Below are positions 1-9,615 of a DNA stretch of 45,172 nucleotides, piece by piece (the first letter of the stretch is position 1; every line of letters begins with the position of its first letter). The notes beneath the pieces are model-generated. The model was not told where the DNA came from. It did no database searches and was given only the letters and a program-made list of their open reading frames with translations. The translations under genes were made by a program, and so were the position numbers. The stretch comes from Deltaproteobacteria bacterium TMED58 (GTDB lineage: Bacteria > Desulfobacterota_D > UBA1144), in contig NHDL02000002.1 of assembly GCA_002167555.2 (NCBI GenBank), positions 86,072 through 131,243 of the forward strand, written 5' to 3'.

Positions 1-438
1 GAAGAAGTAAGAATTACCGAAACGGACTCAACTCCAGAGCGTCTATTTTCAGTTCTAAAGAATCTTGGTGACAAAAATGGTTGGCTTGCCTGGAACTTTC
101 TCTGGACTATCCGTAAGTTGCTTGATCGTTTGGTTGGCGGAAAAAAGATTATAGATAGTGATAGAGAAAATCTAAAAGTTGGAGATTCTATGGATTGTTG
201 GAGAGTTGAAAAATTCGAAAATAATAGGAAAATATTATTAAAAATGACTTTGAAGTCTCCTGGAGATGCTTGGCTAAAGCTCGAATCTATACCTCATTAC
301 TCAAAGACTTTCTTGGTAATTACCGCCATTTTTGAACCTAAAGGGATATGGGGATATTTGTACTGGTATTCAATCTTTCCTTTTCATAAGTTTATATTTC
401 GTGATTTAGGTGCGGCAATAATTTCCAAAGCAAGATAA
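1..438 (+). CDS. C-terminal part of a YbjT-like SDR/DUF2867 protein (5' truncated by window)
   Basis: Frame is open from base 1 (EEVRITE...GWLAWNFLWTIRKLLDRLVGG...GDSMDCWRVE...PGDAWL...FEPKGIWGYLYWY..PFH.FIF), matching the DUF2867 pattern. Confidence 0.8.
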   Translation, partial: EEVRITETDSTPERLFSVLKNLGDKNGWLAWNFLWTIRKLLDRLVGGKKIIDSDRENLKVGDSMDCWRVEKFENNRKILLKMTLKSPGDAWLKLESIPHYSKTFLVITAIFEPKGIWGYLYWYSIFPFHKFIFRDLGAAIISKAR

Positions 439-513
439 TCTAATTTTCTTATAAGCCTAAACTTCCTAAAGTATTAGCTTTTTAATTAAAAATAAAAATG
501 GTACAAGATTTGC

Positions 514-542
514 TTGACTCATACTATATATAGTGGTTTAAT
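514..542 (+). promoter_or_regulatory. sigma70-type promoter of nrdAB
   Basis: TTGACT (514-519), 17 bp spacer, TG-G-TTTAAT extended -10 (534-542). Confidence 0.65.
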
Positions 543-568
543 GAATTTATAATCACAATATATGGTTA
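521..568 (+). promoter_or_regulatory. Tandem NrdR boxes
   Basis: atactatatatagtgg (521-536) and tcacaatatatggtta (553-568) fit acaCwAtATaTwGtgt, start 32 bp apart and lie upstream of nrdA; box 1 sits in the promoter spacer. Confidence 0.85.
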
Positions 569-616
569 ATTGTGCATATAAAGGACAGATAGTATTTTAG
601 AGTGATTATGGACTAC

Positions 617-676
617 CGGGGCAAGGACTAGGTTTAAATTCCCCTTTTGCACCCCGTTAAGCTTTTTCCTTGCCTC
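617..676 (+). promoter_or_regulatory. Structured 5' leader element of nrdA (family unknown)
   Basis: GC-rich patch; 618-637 pairs with 657-676 (ggggcaagga/tccttgcctc plus aggtttaa/ttaagctt); alternative pairing of 617-626 with 645-656. Confidence 0.5.
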
Positions 677-704
677 TAAAAATCATCATATAGGGAGGAT
701 ATAA

Positions 705-3506
705 ATGAATCAAATTGAGCAGTTACTAGTAGTTAAAAGGTCAGGTGAATTAGTTGAATTTGATTCGGTTAGAATCCTTAATGCAATAAATGCAGCAATA
801 AATGCGGGAAGCGAGGAAGAGCCTTCAGAAGTTAATACTCAAGATATTGTAGATAATATCGAAGAGGAGATTTTTTCAAGGTTTTCAGAGTTTTATCCAA
901 ATGTTGAGAATATTCAAGACATCGTAGAGAAGCATTTAATAAGAGCCGATCTCTTTACAGTTGCTCGTCGCTATATTATATACAGGGCGGAAAGAGCAAA
1001 AGAAAGAGAAAAGCAAAAAGAAAAAATTTCTCAAAAAGCTGAATTAGGAAAGTTAAAAATCAGAAAGAAAGATGGAATAAATGTTCTTTTTAATCCCCAA
1101 AAAATTAGAAAAACTGTATCAAGAGCTTGTGAAAAATATTTAGATACCACCTCAGTAGACTCTATTGTAAAAGAGTTGACAAGAAATATTTTTGATGGCG
1201 CAACTACACAAGATTTAGAGAGAGCACTGATACTATCTTCTACGGCCTTTATAGAGAGGGACCCTGATTATAGTAAGGTTTCAGCAAATCTCTTTCTTCA
1301 AAGGCTTTATAAAGAGTCTATGGAAGTATCTGTCACGTCAGATACTTTAGAGTCACAATATAGAGAGACCTTCATAAATGGAATAAGGTTGGGAGTCAAG
1401 CATGGATACTTAAGTGAGAAGCTTTTAGATTTTGATTTAGAGAAATTATCAAATTCTTTAGATTTAAATAGAGATCAACTTTTTGAGTTTATTGGAATCC
1501 AAACTTTATATGAAAGATATCTTCTTTCTCACGAGGGAAGAAAATTCGAATTGCCTCAATCCTTTTGGATGAGAGTAGCAATGGGTGTATCAATTAATGA
1601 AAAGAATAAAGACTCTAGGGCTTTGGAGTTTTACAACAAACTTTCTTCAATGGAATTTGTTTCTTCTACTCCGACATTATTTCATTCAGGAACTCCGCAC
1701 CCACAACTTAGCTCTTGTTATTTAACTACAGTTTCAGATGATTTATCTCATATATTTAAATGTGTCGGAGATAATGCTCAGTTATCGAAATGGTCTGGTG
1801 GTCTGGGGAATGATTGGACTAATATAAGAGCGACGGGCTCCCGAATAAAAAGTACAAATGTTGAAAGCCAAGGAGTTGTTCCTTTTCTTAAAATTGCCAA
1901 CGATGTAACGGTGGCTATTAATAGAAGTGGGAAAAGAAGGGGCGCTACATGTGCTTATCTTGAAACATGGCATCTTGATATAGAGGATTTTTTAGATTTA
2001 AGAAGAAATACTGGAGATGATAGAAGAAGAACTCATGATATGAATACATCAAATTGGATTCCTGATTTATTTATGAAAAGGGTTGTAAACAAAGAAGATT
2101 GGACTTTGTTTTCTCCGGAAGAAGTACCCGACTTACACGATTTATTTGGAAGTGAATTTGAGAAAGCTTACATAGGTTATGAGGAAAAAGTTACAAAAGG
2201 GAAGATTAAGAAGCATAAAAAAATCCACGCCCCTGACTTATGGAAAAAAATGCTTACAAGAATTTTTGAAACTGGCCATCCTTGGATAACGTTCAAAGAT
2301 TCGTGTAATGTTAGATCCCCTCAAGATCATGTTGGTGTGGTTCATAGTTCAAATTTATGTACAGAAATCACACTAAATACTTCAGCTGATGAGACCGCAG
2401 TTTGTAATTTAGGGTCCATTAATCTTTCGAAGCATATTGTTAACGGTAAATTAGACAAAGATTTATTAAAGGAATCTGTACAGGTAGGAATAAGGATGCT
2501 TGATAATGTGATAGATTTAAATTTTTACCCTACAATTGAAGCCAAAAATTCAAACTTTAAACATAGACCAATAGGGATGGGAATAATGGGTCTACAAGAT
2601 GCATTATTTAAATGTAATTTATCTTTCGAGTCGCCTAAAGCACTTAATTTTTCTGATCAACTAATGGAGTTCATTTCTTATAATGCGATTGACTCATCCT
2701 CTGAATTAGCAAAAGAAAGAGGTTCATATGAAACATTTGAAGGTTCAAAGTGGGATAGAGGAATATTTCCTCTTGATACTTTAACTATGCTTGAGGAACA
2801 AAGAGGTGACCATATAGATGTAAATAAGATAACTTCAATGGACTGGGAAGAATTGAAGGATAAAGTCAAAAAGCATGGTATGAGAAATTCAAATACTATG
2901 GCAATCGCTCCGACAGCCACTATTTCAAATATTGCAGGTTGCTATCCATGTATCGAGCCAATTTACAAAAATATTTATGTGAAATCCAATATTAGCGGTG
3001 AGTTTACTGTTGTTAATTCTTACTTGGTTAATGACTTAAAAAATTTAAACCTTTGGTCTAAAGAAATGTTGGACAAGATAAAGTATTTTGATGGGAACTT
3101 AGACCAGATTTTAGAAATCCCAGAGGAGCTTCGAGAGAAACATAAAGAAGCTTTTGGAATAGATCCTCATACTCTTTTAAAACACACATCGGTCCGAGGG
3201 AAGTGGATTGATCAAAGCCAATCTCATAACATATTTATGCAAGGTGTATCAGGAAAGCTGCTAAGTGAAATTTATATAGCAGCATGGAAGCTTGGTTTAA
3301 AAACAACATATTATTTAAGAACTTTGGCAGCAACCCAAATTGAAAAATCAACACTTGATGCTAATAAATTTGGTTATACTCAGAAAAGAGAGTATAAAGA
3401 TGTCGCTGAAGGGAATATGCAGGAGCAATCTCAATCTGATAAGCCTGCATCAGAAGTAACAAGTGCATGCAGCATAATGGACCCAGATTGTGAAGCTTGC
3501 CAGTAA
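705..3506 (+). CDS. nrdA: Class I ribonucleotide reductase alpha subunit with two N-terminal ATP-cone-like domains
   Basis: VVKRSG and IRKKDG cone starts; QLSSC, SSNLCTEI, APTATIS, TTYY, C-terminal CEACQ; SD agggagg. Confidence 0.97.
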   Translation: MNQIEQLLVVKRSGELVEFDSVRILNAINAAINAGSEEEPSEVNTQDIVDNIEEEIFSRFSEFYPNVENIQDIVEKHLIRADLFTVARRYIIYRAERAKEREKQKEKISQKAELGKLKIRKKDGINVLFNPQKIRKTVSRACEKYLDTTSVDSIVKELTRNIFDGATTQDLERALILSSTAFIERDPDYSKVSANLFLQRLYKESMEVSVTSDTLESQYRETFINGIRLGVKHGYLSEKLLDFDLEKLSNSLDLNRDQLFEFIGIQTLYERYLLSHEGRKFELPQSFWMRVAMGVSINEKNKDSRALEFYNKLSSMEFVSSTPTLFHSGTPHPQLSSCYLTTVSDDLSHIFKCVGDNAQLSKWSGGLGNDWTNIRATGSRIKSTNVESQGVVPFLKIANDVTVAINRSGKRRGATCAYLETWHLDIEDFLDLRRNTGDDRRRTHDMNTSNWIPDLFMKRVVNKEDWTLFSPEEVPDLHDLFGSEFEKAYIGYEEKVTKGKIKKHKKIHAPDLWKKMLTRIFETGHPWITFKDSCNVRSPQDHVGVVHSSNLCTEITLNTSADETAVCNLGSINLSKHIVNGKLDKDLLKESVQVGIRMLDNVIDLNFYPTIEAKNSNFKHRPIGMGIMGLQDALFKCNLSFESPKALNFSDQLMEFISYNAIDSSSELAKERGSYETFEGSKWDRGIFPLDTLTMLEEQRGDHIDVNKITSMDWEELKDKVKKHGMRNSNTMAIAPTATISNIAGCYPCIEPIYKNIYVKSNISGEFTVVNSYLVNDLKNLNLWSKEMLDKIKYFDGNLDQILEIPEELREKHKEAFGIDPHTLLKHTSVRGKWIDQSQSHNIFMQGVSGKLLSEIYIAAWKLGLKTTYYLRTLAATQIEKSTLDANKFGYTQKREYKDVAEGNMQEQSQSDKPASEVTSACSIMDPDCEACQ

Positions 3507-3530
3507 AAAAATTATTTTAGGGAGTGCAAA

Positions 3531-4529
3531 ATGACTATATTAAGTAACGATTCTAAGACTGACCCAAATAAGATTCTACCTATGACTTATATGTGGGCTA
3601 GAGAACACTATAAAGACGGAGTTGCAAATAACTGGACCCCAGAAGAAATATCTATGCAAAAAGATGTTGAGCAATGGAAGTCTCCTGATGTTTTATCTGA
3701 TATTGAAAAAAGAATGATTCTTTGGAATCTAGGCTTTTTTTCAACTGCTGAATCATTAACAGCTAACAACATTGTTCTCACTGTTTACAAGCATGTAACA
3801 AACCCTGAGGCTAGACAGTATTTATTAAGACAGGCATATGAAGAAGCAGTTCATACTGACACATTCATTTACTGTTGTGATACTTTGGGACTAGACCCAG
3901 AATACATTTATAATATGTATGAAACTATTCCATCTATAAAAGAAAAAGACGATTATGTAGTAGGTCTTACAAAATCAATTATGGATCCTAACTTTGAATT
4001 GAGGACCGACGAAGATATTAAGATTTTTCTTCAAGATGTAGTTGGATATTACGTAATAATGGAAGGAATCTTTTTTTATGCGGGGTTCGCTATGATGTTG
4101 GCTCTCAAAAGGCAAAATAAGATGGTTGGCATTGGAGAACAGTTTGAGTATATAATGAGAGATGAAAGTATTCATTTAGCTTTTGGATGTGATTTAATAA
4201 ATACAATCAAAGAAGAAAATAAAGGTATTTGGACAAGTGATGTTCAGAAAAATATCACTGATTTAATTATACAAGCTGTTGACCATGAGAAAAAGTATGC
4301 TTTTGACGCCTGTCCTAATGGATTACTTGGGATTAACCCAGAACAGTTTTGCGAATATGTAGAATACATTGCTGATAGAAGACTTGAGAGAATAGGTCTT
4401 GATAAAGTATATGGAACTGATAATCCTTTTCCATGGATGTCTCAATCAGTCGATTTGTCAAAAGAGAAGAATTTCTTTGAAACCAGAGTCACCGAGTACC
4501 AGACCGCTGGTTCATTAGATTGGGATTAA
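3531..4529 (+). CDS. nrdB: Ribonucleotide reductase beta subunit, class Ic (Mn/Fe) type
   Basis: FFSTAE(74), EEAVH(108)TDTF(112), ME(178)GIFF, RDE(212)SIH(215), NFFETRVTEY; Phe at the radical-Tyr position and Glu as first ligand. Confidence 0.95.
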   Translation: MTILSNDSKTDPNKILPMTYMWAREHYKDGVANNWTPEEISMQKDVEQWKSPDVLSDIEKRMILWNLGFFSTAESLTANNIVLTVYKHVTNPEARQYLLRQAYEEAVHTDTFIYCCDTLGLDPEYIYNMYETIPSIKEKDDYVVGLTKSIMDPNFELRTDEDIKIFLQDVVGYYVIMEGIFFYAGFAMMLALKRQNKMVGIGEQFEYIMRDESIHLAFGCDLINTIKEENKGIWTSDVQKNITDLIIQAVDHEKKYAFDACPNGLLGINPEQFCEYVEYIADRRLERIGLDKVYGTDNPFPWMSQSVDLSKEKNFFETRVTEYQTAGSLDWD

Positions 4530-4534
4530 TTTAT

Positions 4535-4606
4535 AAGGCATTTGTTTCACTTTAGTCTGATTATTTTTTTCTAAGGAAGTTATATTTAGTGATATATGGA
4601 TGCCTT
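4535..4606 (+). terminator. Long imperfect hairpin just after nrdB (3' end structure or possible terminator)
   Basis: aaggcatttgt..tcact (4535-4551) pairs with agtga..atggatgcctt (4588-4606) using G-U pairs; no clear U-tract. Confidence 0.4.
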
Positions 4607-4670
4607 CTAAATATTATAATACTATTATCACTCTCAAGGGTATTTTTTCTAGGATAGCTTACTAAGGCCA

Positions 4671-5984
4671 CTACTTTTTAAAAGGGTCTTTTATCTCGGG
4701 ATGCCAAAGTGCAAAATGATTTTTATGAGACTCTGTATAGGCTCCTTCAGGATAAAACTTATCATAGAAATCTAAATCTATATGGTGGTTTTGAACCATC
4801 ATACGACAGTACATAGGGTCAGAAAAACCAGGAAATTTACCATATGTATCAAAAATATAATTACAGATATCTTTTACAATTTGAATCTCTTCTTTGCTTG
4901 GTTTGGGAGTCGCATTTAGAACGCCAGAAGGATCTTTATATGGCATATATTTAGAGTCCCAATTCCCCCATTTCATCTCATTGAATGCATCAACTGCTTC
5001 AGACATATTTTTAAAATAAGGTGGGCAGAAAGATTCAAAATGTCCATCGAGCCCTACAGGAGCTTTTGAAACCGCAGAACCCCACTCATCTCCTTGATCT
5101 TTAGATTCAATACAAGTGAATCCGAGACCGTCAAAACTTTCATCAGCTCCGAGTATATGCCTACTCTGAAAACCGCTGAACATCCAACCACCGAGCCCAA
5201 GAATTTGTTGAGTTAGTACAACATTCTGACAAAACAATGGTTGCTCAGCAATGTAACCATTTGCGAATCTCAGTTCTGCTTCTATTAATGGAATAGGGTT
5301 TGATTTTTTAATGTATCCGTTGTCTATCCATTTTTGGGTTCCTGCCGGCTTCATTTTATTCAGCTCATCAACAAAATTAAACCTATGTCCCTCTCTCATA
5401 TAAAAGAATAAAATATTTATTAAGCCTGCGGATAAATCCGTCACAGGCATAAATAAAGTTGTACCAGGCTTGTTAACACTCCAAGTGTTATGTATAGCGA
5501 GGCCGGGAGGCACATCTGGTATTTTAGCTCGACCATCATGAATTTTTATTCTTGATTCTCTAAAAAGCTGTAAAATCTTATCAATTTTATCTTCTCTTTT
5601 TAAACCTTCTATTCCTTTTAAATCAGGCGCGTCTTTATCGTTTAATTTAAGCAAATACAACCCTTCATCGTTGGTATAGAATAATTCTGTTCTATGAATA
5701 TCTCCAAGTGATGGAATTGTCTTACTCATAAACTTTACTTCTAAATCTAATCCTTTATGAGGAGGGAAATCAGAAAGATTTATATTTTTAATACCTAATC
5801 CATTCCAAGCTAGAATTGCTTCTTCTATTTCACTTAAAGGAACTGGAGAATGATTCGATTTATATTTAAGTGGACCTTCATCTATTTCACCACCCATTGG
5901 AAATCTTCTAGATCTTCTCTCATAAAGTGCATCTAGATAAGAATGATTAATTGCATTATCTAAACCTGGTGGTAACTTTGACAT
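4671..5984 (-). CDS. Uncharacterised nitroreductase-fold-like flavoprotein
   Basis: N-terminal ERRSRRF (FMN-phosphate-binding-like), TIPS, and QNVVL..QILGLGGW, all nitroreductase-like; 437 aa. Confidence 0.6.
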   Translation of the reverse strand: MSKLPPGLDNAINHSYLDALYERRSRRFPMGGEIDEGPLKYKSNHSPVPLSEIEEAILAWNGLGIKNINLSDFPPHKGLDLEVKFMSKTIPSLGDIHRTELFYTNDEGLYLLKLNDKDAPDLKGIEGLKREDKIDKILQLFRESRIKIHDGRAKIPDVPPGLAIHNTWSVNKPGTTLFMPVTDLSAGLINILFFYMREGHRFNFVDELNKMKPAGTQKWIDNGYIKKSNPIPLIEAELRFANGYIAEQPLFCQNVVLTQQILGLGGWMFSGFQSRHILGADESFDGLGFTCIESKDQGDEWGSAVSKAPVGLDGHFESFCPPYFKNMSEAVDAFNEMKWGNWDSKYMPYKDPSGVLNATPKPSKEEIQIVKDICNYIFDTYGKFPGFSDPMYCRMMVQNHHIDLDFYDKFYPEGAYTESHKNHFALWHPEIKDPFKK

Positions 5985-6022
5985 ATTAGTATTTTAACTC
6001 AAAATAATAATAACTGTTAAAA

Positions 6023-6553
6023 ATGAAAAACTTTTTATTAGATTATTTAAAGAAAAATTCTATTTTAAAGGGTGATTTTACACTTTCCTCTGGAGAAAAA
6101 AGCAACTATTATATCGATGCAAGAATTAGCACTCTTTCCTCTGAGTCTTTGGGTATTATTGCGGAGATTTTCTATAGTAAAATTTCTGAAAGAGGAATCT
6201 CATTTGTTGGTGGGCCCACGATCGGAGCTGATCCAATAGTTGGAGCAATATTAAACAAATCATATTCTAACAATGAAAATTTAAAGGGTTTCCTTGTAAG
6301 ATCTGGAGAAAAAAAGCATGGAACTAAGAAAATAATTGAGGGCCCAAATATTGAGAATTCGCAAGTTGCTATTGTTGAAGATGTCGTTTCCACTGGAGGT
6401 TCAATTCAATCTGCGATTAAAGAAATAGAGAAACAAGGTTCAAAAGTAGTTTTAATTCTTTCAATTGTTGACAGAGAAATGGGCGCTGTTGAAAAATTTG
6501 CTAATGAAGGAATAGAATATATACCAATCTTTGCTATTTCTGAACTAATCTAA
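6023..6553 (+). CDS. pyrE: Orotate phosphoribosyltransferase
   Basis: GDFTLSSG.KSNYYID, R..EKKHG, PRPP motif IVEDVVSTGGS. Confidence 0.95.
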   Translation: MKNFLLDYLKKNSILKGDFTLSSGEKSNYYIDARISTLSSESLGIIAEIFYSKISERGISFVGGPTIGADPIVGAILNKSYSNNENLKGFLVRSGEKKHGTKKIIEGPNIENSQVAIVEDVVSTGGSIQSAIKEIEKQGSKVVLILSIVDREMGAVEKFANEGIEYIPIFAISELI

Positions 6554-9500
6554 GCAAAAGATTTTGATAATTTCTTCTTTAAATCAATAAAACATAGATA
6601 CAAGCATGGAATTAGGAAAAGTGTTATGAAAGTAGCAAATACTAGTCCAAGTCCCAATGATATGGCCATTGGTGCTAAAAATGCCGCTTCTCCTCTTGTT
6701 TCAAACATCAAAGTGAATAGACCCGCGAAAGTAGTTAAGGTTGTTAAAATAATTGCCCTAAATCTATTCTTAGCAGAATAAAAAATAGAATATATAAAAT
6801 TATTATTTCTTATACCTTTATTGATAAAATTCATAAGAATTAAACTATCATTTATCACTACTCCTAGTAGGGCCACTATTCCTATAAGACCTGTAATTGA
6901 TATAGGATCTCCTCTTAAAAGAACTCCAACTGTTATTCCAATTATAGTGAAAGGAAGTATAGACATAATCAAAATAGGTTGAAAATAAGACCTAAGTATT
7001 GTTGCCAGTATTAGATATATTATTAATATAGAAATTATCGAAGCCCTTTTGACACTTTCTAGCGATTCTCTCGTGTCTTGCTCTTCTCCATCTAAAGCTA
7101 ATTTGTAGCCAGGAAAGTCTTTTTTTATTTCATTAAAATATTTGATAACACTTTTGATTGTCTGTCTTGGTGTAGTAATATCCGAATCAATTTCTGCTGT
7201 AATACTTGCTGCTCTCTCCCTATTATACCTTGAAATACTAACTAATGATGAATCAGTAGAGGTATTAGTAAAATTTGAAATAGGTACATATGAGCCGTTT
7301 TGAGTTCGAACCAAATGTTCAGAAAGATTTAAAGAACTATTCTTATTAAACGAATTAGTGATTTTTATTTTTATGTAAGCCTTTTCATCGTTAACTCTTG
7401 TCTCATCTATAGTTAAACCATCAACTATGGCTCTTATTTCTTTACCAAGGTCTAATGTGCTAAGTCCATATAACGCTGCTTTTTGCTCATCTACGTTAAT
7501 ACTCAATTTTGTCTTACCATATGACAAATCATCAGTAACACCGTAAACACCATCTTTTGATTTAAGAAATTTCTTAATCTTCTTGCTAATTTGGGTTAAA
7601 ACTTCAATTTCATTACCTATAATTCTAATATCTAAATCTTTTCCTTTAGGTGGCCCGGCTGTTTGAACAAAACTAATACTTTCTGGCCCAATTATTTTTT
7701 CTTCCACAATAGCCTGGACTTTTTTCATTGAATCTAAACCATTTTCTTTTCTTTCTTCAAAATCTTGAAATTGAATTAGTATATTAGATACATGGTCACC
7801 AAATACAGGTGGTTTTTTAGAAAAATCAATCCCCAAAGTTGTTAAAGAATTTTTTAAAAGATTTTCAGATGTATTATCCGAAACTATTTTTTCAATTTCC
7901 GATGATTTCTTATCTGTTAGCTCTAGACTATAGTTGGTAGGATTTTGAATTTTTATTAAATATTGGTTTACATCTGATACATAAAGTAGTACAAAAGGAA
8001 TTTGAAATAATATAAAGAAGCTTAGGGCTAACAAGGTTGATGACATTCCAATAACAAAATATCTGTATCTTAATGCATTGATTAAAACACTAAGATACTT
8101 TCTTCTAAAAGAATTGAAAAGTTTAGAAATAAAACTCGTTTCTTTTGTTATCTTAACAAAATCCGCACAATGAGAAGGCAATATTGCTAGTGCTTCTACA
8201 AGCGAGAATACAAGAGCAAAAATTGCAACTTGCGGAATAATTGACAAGAAAATACCCAGGGTCCCTTGAGCCAGCAAAATAGGGAATAGTGATGCAATAT
8301 TAGTTAAAATAGTTGCTATAACTGGCCAAGCTACCTCTTTAGTACCAATAATGGCCGCATCTTTTGGTTTTAACCCTTTTTGAATATGCCGTTTTACATT
8401 CTCGACAACAATTATGGCGTCATCGACAACAATTCCTAGCACCATTATGAGGCCAAACATAGTAATAACGTTAAGACTGGCACCTGTATATTGCATAACT
8501 ATGAATGCACCAAAGAAAGCTACAGGTAAACCAAGGGCTGCTAAAAAAGCTGATCTAAAATCTAAAAATAATGCCAAAATAATTAGAACTGCCATGATTC
8601 CAAAAACCCCAGTTTTAACCATAGATTCAAACCTACCTTCAACCCAATAGGAGGAATCATTTGATATAAAAATTTTAATATCGTCAGGTATAGTTTCCTC
8701 AAAAGTTGAAACAGTATCTTTAATTTTTTGAACTGACTTAATTGCATCTTTATTTTTTTGTTTTTCTATCCAAAAGGAAACTGATTTAAATCCATTTATT
8801 CTAGAAAGTGAGAGATCTTTCTCTTGACCTAGTTCTATATCTGCTATATCACCGAGAACCAGTGGAATCTTATTGAATCTTTTATTTAAAGGTATATTTT
8901 CAAGTTCATAAACATTTTCTATTCTTCCTTTTGTACGAATTGTATATTCTTGCTCACCCGTTTCTATTGCCCCTGCAGGCAAATCAATATTCTTGGATTG
9001 AATAGTGGATATAATTTCATTTAAGCTTAGTTCATATTGAAGTAATTTTTTCTGATCTATATTAATCCAAAAAACTAAATCCCCATATCCTGACTCAATT
9101 AGACCGTCTATTTCATCCAGTTTTTCTAGCCTATCTTTTAGCTTGGTAGCATAAAATCTTAACTCATTTTCATCACCCTTACTTCCAATTGATACATTTA
9201 TTAATGGTGCACTTGCTTCAACTTCTTCAGTTATTGGGTCATCAATATCATCAGGTAAATCATTTCTTATTTGAGAGACTTCAGATCTAATTTCCTGAGC
9301 AATTTCTTTTATATCCTCATTAGGCAGAAGTTCAGCAACAATAAATGACCTTGATTCTGATGATGAAGAGGTGATTTTTTTTATTCCAGAAATTCCAGAA
9401 ATTTGATCCTCTATTGGAATAGTTATAAGTTTCTCTACATCTTCTGCAGTTGAATTTTCATATATTGTTACAATAGTAACTCTTTCGAAACCTATAGATG

Positions 9501-9612
9501 GAAATAATTCTTTAGGTAAATTTTTCCCGATATAAAAACCAAAAATTATAATTGTCGCCATTAAAAGATTTGAAAATACAGGGTTTTTAACTGAGAATTC
9601 AATTAAACGCAT
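6550..9612 (-). CDS. RND efflux permease (AcrB/CzcA superfamily)
   Basis: 1020 aa; GIVVDDAIIVVEN, RFRAIILTT, APMAISL..GL; two TM blocks separated by large periplasmic loops. Confidence 0.93.
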   Translation of the reverse strand: MRLIEFSVKNPVFSNLLMATIIIFGFYIGKNLPKELFPSIGFERVTIVTIYENSTAEDVEKLITIPIEDQISGISGIKKITSSSSESRSFIVAELLPNEDIKEIAQEIRSEVSQIRNDLPDDIDDPITEEVEASAPLINVSIGSKGDENELRFYATKLKDRLEKLDEIDGLIESGYGDLVFWINIDQKKLLQYELSLNEIISTIQSKNIDLPAGAIETGEQEYTIRTKGRIENVYELENIPLNKRFNKIPLVLGDIADIELGQEKDLSLSRINGFKSVSFWIEKQKNKDAIKSVQKIKDTVSTFEETIPDDIKIFISNDSSYWVEGRFESMVKTGVFGIMAVLIILALFLDFRSAFLAALGLPVAFFGAFIVMQYTGASLNVITMFGLIMVLGIVVDDAIIVVENVKRHIQKGLKPKDAAIIGTKEVAWPVIATILTNIASLFPILLAQGTLGIFLSIIPQVAIFALVFSLVEALAILPSHCADFVKITKETSFISKLFNSFRRKYLSVLINALRYRYFVIGMSSTLLALSFFILFQIPFVLLYVSDVNQYLIKIQNPTNYSLELTDKKSSEIEKIVSDNTSENLLKNSLTTLGIDFSKKPPVFGDHVSNILIQFQDFEERKENGLDSMKKVQAIVEEKIIGPESISFVQTAGPPKGKDLDIRIIGNEIEVLTQISKKIKKFLKSKDGVYGVTDDLSYGKTKLSINVDEQKAALYGLSTLDLGKEIRAIVDGLTIDETRVNDEKAYIKIKITNSFNKNSSLNLSEHLVRTQNGSYVPISNFTNTSTDSSLVSISRYNRERAASITAEIDSDITTPRQTIKSVIKYFNEIKKDFPGYKLALDGEEQDTRESLESVKRASIISILIIYLILATILRSYFQPILIMSILPFTIIGITVGVLLRGDPISITGLIGIVALLGVVINDSLILMNFINKGIRNNNFIYSIFYSAKNRFRAIILTTLTTFAGLFTLMFETRGEAAFLAPMAISLGLGLVFATFITLFLIPCLYLCFIDLKKKLSKSFA

Positions 9613-9615
9613 TTA

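Noticed and set aside
575-704. Cobalamin riboswitch upstream of nrdAB
   Set aside because: No B12-box-like conserved segments visible, and the structured part is only about 60 nt.
705-4529. Intein or intron in nrdA/nrdB (also checked sufB)
   Set aside because: Continuous frames of normal length; the extra NrdA length is explained by the second ATP cone.
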